64,000 bases of DNA from positions 64,363-128,362 of the forward strand of contig JAJEAR010000030.1 in assembly GCA_022822665.1 (NCBI GenBank). Direction: 5' to 3'. Positions within the stretch are counted from its first letter, which is position 1, and every line of letters begins with the position of its first letter. This DNA comes from Alphaproteobacteria bacterium. Lineage in GTDB: Bacteria > Pseudomonadota > Alphaproteobacteria > Thalassobaculales > Thalassobaculaceae. Of the stretch, positions 58,195-64,000 are shown in pieces. Position numbers and translations under genes: made by a program. The notes beneath the pieces are model-generated. The model made no database searches. It was not told the origin of the DNA and saw nothing but the letters and a program-made list of their open reading frames with translations.

Positions 58195-59356
58195 AGGTTG
58201 ATTGACGCGCTGCAAGAGACCGATGAGTTGACGTGGCAGGTGCTGGAGGCCCAACTTGTTCAGGCGTATCAGCCTCTGCTGAATGTGCAACATCGCTAGT
58301 AGGCATGGTATCGTCTTCCAGCTATGTGGTTTGGGAGGTTCGCTGCCTTTCTAGCTTCGCCCCGTCTGGTTCCCGCTGCGGGGCATTGCGATTTCTACGG
58401 TTCAGCAATCCGGATGGTATCCAACATTTTGTTGCTACGGAAATTCTCGGTAATCTTCACATGCGAAGCATCAAAGAAGGCCATACATGCCGATCCGATT
58501 GAGCGCTTGGCTGCCGATCGGGAGGGATAACCCTGACTGCTGCGGGCTATAATAGCACCGTGAGGCGAGCAGCCTTACGTTGTGCCGCCCGGCGAACTCT
58601 TGCACATAGCGATCCAGATGCCTCGGCGACAGCTTGTGGAACGTGCCCGTGTGGCTGCGCTTCAACATCGACCAGAAACTCGCCATGCCGTTCGTGTGCG
58701 TCAGCTCATTCACGTAGTACCCGGCCCTGTGATTGACTGCCCAATGGGCCAAGTCGCTCTCAACGCCGCGATAGTGTCTGTCCTGGCCTCTTTGGAGGGT
58801 TGCGCCCTCTTGGGTGATCTCCAAGGCGAAGCCTTGTGATATCTCTCTGTTCGTGTTGATAATGGCTTCTGCGTGGTCTCCGTTCGTGTCGTAGTCGTTG
58901 ATGCCGATGATGGCCATTTTGCTGACACCGCCGCGCTTGGCGCTGGCCTCGTAGAGCTCCTTGCGTTGCGCGATGCTCATGGTCTGGGGATTTCCGCTCG
59001 TGTAGGTCTCGTCGACTTCGACCGGTCGGTTAAACTGTTAATCATCGGTAACCGCTTAGGCCTCGCGTGTTCGGTGCAGCACGAACGTCGCCGTCAGCTG
59101 CGAAATGGCGATCTCCCGTTGCAGTTTCTCGGACGAGATGGATTTGAAGCTCGTGACGCAGAGGTAGACGGCGATGGCCCACTTGCCGAGCGGAATCTTC
59201 GACGCTTGCAAGGCGTTGCCTGTATTCGCGCTGAAATAGGACGGACAGCGCGGTGCGCCAGTAGAGCATTTTCTTGTAGCTGGCGGGACGGGTGTGGCGG
59301 CTGCCGCAATTCAAACAGAACCGCCCGTCCGGCCAAATAGGTCTCTTGAATCAGGC
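58195..59356 (-). mobile_element. Decayed IS1595-family (ISXO2-like) element
   Basis: Transposase pieces lie in three frames with in-frame stops. These are WPDGRFCLNCGSRHTRPA..., then ..FSANTGNALQASKIPLGKWAIAVYL...FVLHRTREA*, then ORF 58471..58980 with THTNGMASFWSMLKRSHTGTFHKLSPRHLDRYVQEFAGRHNVR. The ends share CAAGAGACC / GGTCTCTTG (58216..58224 vs 59340..59348). Confidence 0.75.
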
Positions 59357-59542
59357 ACCGGCGGCCTGGGCGGCGCGATCATCGCGGCACTGTTCCTGGA
59401 GCGTTTCGTGCAGGAGGATGTCGCCTGGGCCCATATCGATCTCATTGCCTACAACCAGGCCGACCGGCCGGGGCGGCCGGAAGGCGGTGAGGCTCAGGCC
59501 CTGCGAGCCGTCTACGGCATGATTCGCAGCCGGTTCGGCTGA
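59357..59542 (+). pseudogene. 3' fragment (last ~61 codons) of the M17 aminopeptidase gene, duplicated
   Basis: The translation ...TGGLGGAIIAALFLERFVQEDVAWAHIDLIAYNQADRPGRPEGGEAQALRAVYGMIRSRFG* equals the C-terminus of 51990..53339 apart from I->V. There is no upstream coding continuation. Confidence 0.9.
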
Positions 59543-59796
59543 CCCGCCCGGGTCATCAGTACCCGAGCGCGGGGTCCACCAGGTTATCCGGAAGCCGTCC
59601 GGCGGCGACCCGCCTGATCGCGGCCGCAACCTGGTCCAGCGCGGTCGCAGGGTTGGTCTGGGCGGAGACATGCGGCCAGACCCGTACCGCCGGGTGGGCC
59701 CAGTACGCGTGTTCCGGGGGCAGGGGCTCGGTGTGGAACACGTCGAGTGCCGCGCCGGCAACCTGGCCGCTGTCGAGTGCCGCGAGCAGGTCCTCG
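59357..59796. repeat. Right copy of the 440-bp direct repeat
   Basis: See 53154..53593. It starts exactly where the IS1595 remnant ends. Confidence 0.95.
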
Positions 59797-60488
59797 TCCA
59801 CGATATGGGCACCGCGGGCGGCATTGATCACGAAGGCGCCTCGGGGCAGCCGGTTCAGCGTGTCGCGGTTGATGATGCCGCGGGTCGACGGGGTAAGCGG
59901 CAGCAGGCAGCACAGGACATCGGTCCGCGCCAGGAAGTCGGAGAGCTGGCCGCTCCCTGAATACACCTCCACGCCTTCGACCTGGCGCGCCGTCCTCGCC
60001 CATCCCGCGGTCGGGAAGCCGAGTCCCGAGATCGTGCGGGCGGCATGAAGTCCGAGTGCGCCCAGGCCCATGATGCCGACCCGGCGTTCCGAGGTCTCCG
60101 GCGGAGGCAGCACGCGCCACCGGTGCTGTCGGGCGAGCGCGTCGTACTCCGGGCCCTGACGATGGAAGTACAGCAGGTTGAGCAGGATCCACTCGGTCAT
60201 GGATTGCGACATCCACGGATCCACCAGTCGCATGATCGCGATGTCGCGTGGCAGGTCGGGATCGAGGAACAGGTGATCGACACCCTGTCCGAGCGAACAG
60301 ATGCAGCGCATGCCGGTCATCCCCGCGTAGCTGCCGGGCGGCAGGTCCCACACCATCGCAAACTCGATCTCTCCGGGATCGCCGATGTCCGGCCAGACCC
60401 GGAAGTCCAGCCCGGGTATCCGTGCCGCGAGACCGTCCCTCCAGGCATCGGGCGAGGCGAGCGCATCATGAAACATCACCACCGGCAT
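59556..60488 (-). CDS. D-isomer-specific 2-hydroxyacid dehydrogenase (glyoxylate/hydroxypyruvate reductase A-like)
   Basis: It has an NAD motif (VGIMGLGALGLHAA) and the catalytic region NAARGAHIVDEDLLAALDSGQVAGAALDVF. The start is either MPVVMFHDAL (60488) or 60518. Confidence 0.85.
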   Translation of the reverse strand: MPVVMFHDALASPDAWRDGLAARIPGLDFRVWPDIGDPGEIEFAMVWDLPPGSYAGMTGMRCICSLGQGVDHLFLDPDLPRDIAIMRLVDPWMSQSMTEWILLNLLYFHRQGPEYDALARQHRWRVLPPPETSERRVGIMGLGALGLHAARTISGLGFPTAGWARTARQVEGVEVYSGSGQLSDFLARTDVLCCLLPLTPSTRGIINRDTLNRLPRGAFVINAARGAHIVDEDLLAALDSGQVAGAALDVFHTEPLPPEHAYWAHPAVRVWPHVSAQTNPATALDQVAAAIRRVAAGRLPDNLVDPALGY

Positions 60489-60524
60489 TCTGTATCCCTT
60501 CCCGGTTGTCAGGGTCACGGGCGG

Positions 60525-62156
60525 TCAGTGGCGAACCACGTCGCCGCCATGGGCCTCGAGTTCGAAGGCAGCCGCCATCAGGGCGCGGGTGTAGGGATGG
60601 CGGGCATGCCCGAGGATCTCGTCGGTGGTGCCGTCCTCCACCACCACGCCGTCGCGCATCACCAGGATACGGTGGCTCATCGCACGCACAACCTTGAGAT
60701 CATGGCTGATGAACAGGTAGGCGAGGCGACGTCGCGCCTGCAGGGTGCGAAGCAGCTCGACAATGCGGGCCTGCACGCTGAGGTCGAGCGCCGAGGTCGG
60801 CTCGTCCAGCACGATCAGGCGCGGACGCAGCACCACCGCCCGGGCGATGGAGATCCGTTGCCTCTGTCCACCGGAAAACTCGTGCGGATATCGGTCCCGC
60901 ATCGCCGGATCAAGCCCGACCTCGGCGATGGCCTCGTCGATGCGCCGGTCGCGTTCGTCCGCCTGCAGGTCCCGGGCGTGGACCTGCAGGCCCTCGCCGA
61001 TGATTTCCGCCATCGACATGCGCGGGCTCAGGCTGCCGAACGGGTCCTGGAACACCACCTGCATCTCCCGGCGCAGCTCGCGGGTCTGGCGGAACCGCAG
61101 GCCCTGGATGTCGCTGCCGCAATAGACGATCGGCCCCGCGCTCGAGACCAGGCGCAGCAGGGCAAGTCCGAGGCTGGTCTTTCCCGATCCGCTCTCGCCC
61201 ACCACGCCGACGGTCTCGCCTTCCCGGATCGAGACCGTGACCCCGTCCACCGCCTTCACGTGTCCGACGGTGCGCTTGAGGATGCCGCGCTGGATCGGGA
61301 ACCAGACCCTGAGGTCGCGGGTTTCCATCACCGTTTCCGCATCCTCCGGCACCGGATCTGGGGACCCGGTCGGCTCTGCGGCCAGCAGTTGCCTGGTGTA
61401 GGCGTGTGACGGTCTTTCGAAGACGGTCCGGGTGGGCCCGGTCTCGACCATCTCCCCGCCTGTCATCACGCAGACCCGGTCGGCCATCTTGCGCACGATG
61501 TTGAGATCGTGGGTGATCAGCAGCATGGCCATCCCGAGGTCGCGCTGAAGCCGGGCCAGCAACTCGAGGATCTGGGCCTGGATGGTGACGTCGAGCGCGG
61601 TGGTCGGTTCGTCGGCAATCAGCAGGTCCGGTTCATTGGCAAGTGCCATCGCGATCATCACCCGCTGTCTCTGGCCGCCGGACAGCTGGTGCGGATAGGC
61701 CGGCAACCGGCTGGCGGGGTCGCGGATTCCGACGAGGTGGAGCAGTTCCAGCGTCCGGCGTCGGGCCGCGTCGGGTCCGAGCCCCCGGTGCAGGCGCAGT
61801 GTCTCCCCGATCTGCCGCTCGATCACGTGCAGCGGGTTGAGCGAGGTCATCGGTTCCTGGAAGATCATGGAGATACGGTTTCCCCGCACGCCGCGCAGGA
61901 ACGTCTCGCCGGCGCCAACCAGTTCCCGCCCCTCGAGAGTGATGCTGCTGCGCGCCGAGTGGGCCGCGGCGGGGTAGGGGAGGAGCTGCAGCACCGACAG
62001 GGCCGTGACCGACTTGCCCGACCCGCTCTCTCCGACCAGGGCCACCGTCTCGCCGCGATCGAGCGAAAGCGCGCCGCCCCTGACGGCGTGGACCGGGCCG
62101 CCTTCGGTCCGGAAGATGACGTCGAGGTCACGGATCGCGAGCAGTGGCGCGCTCAC
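60525..62156 (-). CDS. yejF: Peptide/microcin-type ABC transporter, fused double ATP-binding protein (YejF-like)
   Basis: It has two ABC cassettes (GESGSGKS twice, LSGGQRQR twice) in 543 aa, downstream of yejE/yejB-like permeases. Confidence 0.85.
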   Translation of the reverse strand: MSAPLLAIRDLDVIFRTEGGPVHAVRGGALSLDRGETVALVGESGSGKSVTALSVLQLLPYPAAAHSARSSITLEGRELVGAGETFLRGVRGNRISMIFQEPMTSLNPLHVIERQIGETLRLHRGLGPDAARRRTLELLHLVGIRDPASRLPAYPHQLSGGQRQRVMIAMALANEPDLLIADEPTTALDVTIQAQILELLARLQRDLGMAMLLITHDLNIVRKMADRVCVMTGGEMVETGPTRTVFERPSHAYTRQLLAAEPTGSPDPVPEDAETVMETRDLRVWFPIQRGILKRTVGHVKAVDGVTVSIREGETVGVVGESGSGKTSLGLALLRLVSSAGPIVYCGSDIQGLRFRQTRELRREMQVVFQDPFGSLSPRMSMAEIIGEGLQVHARDLQADERDRRIDEAIAEVGLDPAMRDRYPHEFSGGQRQRISIARAVVLRPRLIVLDEPTSALDLSVQARIVELLRTLQARRRLAYLFISHDLKVVRAMSHRILVMRDGVVVEDGTTDEILGHARHPYTRALMAAAFELEAHGGDVVRH

Positions 62157-63205
62157 GCGAAGGTCTTCCTGGGATCGAAGGCGTCACGGACCGCCTCGCC
62201 GATGAAGATCAGCAGGCTCAGCATCAGCGCCAGCACGCAGAAACCGGCCATGCCGAGCCACGGGGCCTGAAGGTTCCGCTTGCCCTGGCTCAGCAGTTCG
62301 CCGAGCGACGGCGAGCCGGGTGGCAGGCCGAGACCGAGAAAGTCGAGCGAGGTCAGAGCCGTGACCGCGCCGCTGAGGATGAACGGCAACAGGGTGAGTG
62401 TGGCGACCATCGCGTTGGGCAGGACGTGGCGGAACATGATCACCGCGTCACCGACCCCGAGCGCCCGGGCGGCGCGAACGAAGTCGAGATTGCGGGCCCG
62501 CAGGAACTCGGCCCGCACCACACCCACCAGGGCGAGCCAGCTGAAGATCAGCAGGATGCACAGCAGCACCCAGAACCCGGGGACCAGCACGCTCGACATG
62601 ATGATCAGGATGTAGAGCTGGGGCATGCCGGCCCAGATTTCGATGAACCGCTGGAACAGCAGGTCGAGCCAGCCCCCGTAGTACCCCTGCACCGCTCCAG
62701 CGGCGACCCCGATCACGCTGCTGAACGCTGTCAGGATCAGCCCGAACAGCACCGAGATCCGGAAGCCGTAGAACAGCCGGGCAAGCACGTCCCGGGCCTG
62801 GTCGTCGGTCCCGAGCCAGTGCCGTGCGTCCGGTGGCGACGGGGCAGGGCGGTCGAGCTGGCGGTCGATGGTGTGGTAGCTGAACGGGACCGGCGCCCGG
62901 ATCATCCAGCCCTTCTCGTTGATCAGGTCGCTCACGAAGGGATCGGTGTAGTCCGCCTCGGTCGGAAAGATGCCGCCGAACGCCGTTTCCGGGTAGGCAA
63001 CGGCGACCGGGAAGCGGAGGGAACCGTCAAACCAGACCACCAGCGGCTTCTCGTTGGCGATCAGCTCGGAACACAGGCTCAGCGCGAACAGCGCCAGAAA
63101 GATCCAGAACGACCAGTAGCCACGCCGGTTGCGCCGGAAGTTCTCCAGTCGCCGGCGGTTGAGCGGACTGATCCTGCTGATCCGGTCCGGACGTGGTCCG
63201 GGCAC
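62153..63205 (-). CDS. yejE: ABC transporter permease (YejE-like)
   Basis: The N-terminus (SPLNRRRLENFRRNRRGYWSFWIFL) and an OppC-type permease core are present. It overlaps the yejF start by 4 nt. Confidence 0.85.
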   Translation of the reverse strand: MPGPRPDRISRISPLNRRRLENFRRNRRGYWSFWIFLALFALSLCSELIANEKPLVVWFDGSLRFPVAVAYPETAFGGIFPTEADYTDPFVSDLINEKGWMIRAPVPFSYHTIDRQLDRPAPSPPDARHWLGTDDQARDVLARLFYGFRISVLFGLILTAFSSVIGVAAGAVQGYYGGWLDLLFQRFIEIWAGMPQLYILIIMSSVLVPGFWVLLCILLIFSWLALVGVVRAEFLRARNLDFVRAARALGVGDAVIMFRHVLPNAMVATLTLLPFILSGAVTALTSLDFLGLGLPPGSPSLGELLSQGKRNLQAPWLGMAGFCVLALMLSLLIFIGEAVRDAFDPRKTFA

Positions 63206-63208
63206 CGC

Positions 63209-64000
63209 TCAGACCTCCCGCGTCTCGAAGTCGATGCGCCGGTCGATCACCACGTACATGACGTCGCCGATGATGCCCATCAGCAGTCCGAGCAGCGTGA
63301 AGAAGTAAAGCGTGGCGAACATGACCGGGTAGTCACGGTCCAGTGCCGCCTCGAACCCGAGCAATCCCAGCCCGTCGAGCGAGAAGATGATCTCGATGAT
63401 GAGCGACCCGGTAAACAGGATACCGATGAACGCGGAGGGAAACCCTGCGACCACGATCAGCATGGCGTTGCGGAACACGTGGCCATACAGGACCCGGTTT
63501 TCGCCGAGACCCTTGGCCCGGGCGGTGACGACGTACTGCTTGTTGATCTCCTCGAGAAACGAGTTCTTGGTCAGCATGGTGAGACCGGCGAACCCGCCGA
63601 TCACCATGGCGGTGATCGGCAGCACCATGTGCCAGAGATAGTCGAGCACCAGCTCCCACCACGACAGCGCTTCCCAGCCGTGCGAGAGCAGCCCGCGGTT
63701 GGGAAAGATCTTCCAGAAGCTTCCGCCGGTAAACAGCACCACCAGCAGGATGGCGAACAGGAATGCCGGGATGGCGTTGCCGACGATGACGAGACCGGAG
63801 GTCCAGACGTCGAACCGGGATCCGTCGCGCACCGCCTTGCGGATGCCGAGCGGGATCGAGATCAGGTACACCAGCAGCGTGGTCCACAGCCCGAGCGAGA
63901 TCGAGACCGGCATCTTGTCCAGCACCAGGTCAACCACCCGCCGGTCCTTGAAGTAGCTCTCGCCGAAGTCCATCACCAGGTAGTTCCGCATCATGTGCAG
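63209..64000 (-). CDS. yejB: ABC transporter permease (YejB-like), 3' part; N-terminus outside the window
   Basis: The ORF frame is open to the window end. It has an OppB-type core with ...[25 protein letters not shown].... Confidence 0.8.
   Translation of the reverse strand: MHMMRNYLVMDFGESYFKDRRVVDLVLDKMPVSISLGLWTTLLVYLISIPLGIRKAVRDGSRFDVWTSGLVIVGNAIPAFLFAILLVVLFTGGSFWKIFPNRGLLSHGWEALSWWELVLDYLWHMVLPITAMVIGGFAGLTMLTKNSFLEEINKQYVVTARAKGLGENRVLYGHVFRNAMLIVVAGFPSAFIGILFTGSLIIEIIFSLDGLGLLGFEAALDRDYPVMFATLYFFTLLGLLMGIIGDVMYVVIDRRIDFETREV

Noticed and set aside
59294-59542. The 82-aa ORF as an independent gene.
   Set aside because: Its last 61 residues duplicate the peptidase C-terminus inside the 440-bp repeat. 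The N-terminal 21 codons run through the IS1595 end.

Overview
This is a GC-rich chromosomal segment with alphaproteobacterial-type gene content. A cobN line I counted was 47/60 G+C. I saw no rRNA, tRNA or CRISPR. Most of the window is housekeeping. It holds the aerobic cobalt-chelatase and cobalamin genes in three separate loci: cobS-cobT, cobW-cobN and cobU-cobD. It also holds an Fe(3+) ABC importer (binding protein and permease only), rlmN, accA, a grxC/C-N hydrolase/CoA-transferase/mmsB string, a CueR-linked copper operon (DUF4396-copC-copD-cytochrome c), a cystathionine beta-synthase/gamma-lyase pair, zur-znuC, an EmrB-like MFS pump, an M17 aminopeptidase and a yejBEF-type peptide ABC importer. 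Three regions look accessory or decaying. (1) At 53.6-59.4 kb a ~5.8 kb insertion is bracketed by 440-bp direct repeats of the pepA-3'/ghrA-3' junction. It carries an AT-richer, translationally coupled two-gene cassette, an IS630-family element, a tnpB remnant and a decayed IS1595-family element. The cassette encodes a 423-aa coiled-coil/4-TM membrane protein and a 261-aa exported vWA-like protein without a MIDAS motif. I recognise neither protein, and this cassette is my best candidate for an undescribed, possibly defence-type, system. (2) At 27.9-35.3 kb two diverged, convergently oriented nucleotidyltransferase-HEPN fusion genes, both with broken reading frames, flank an amidase / Tat-exported PAP2-haloperoxidase-like protein / porin block. 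(3) At 38.5-41.9 kb there is a GST pseudogene, little confidently coding DNA, an RTX-repeat scrap, a DUF1640-like gene and a zur-znuC operon with no znuB. All calls rest on reading the six-frame translations and the DNA by eye; no database search was run.
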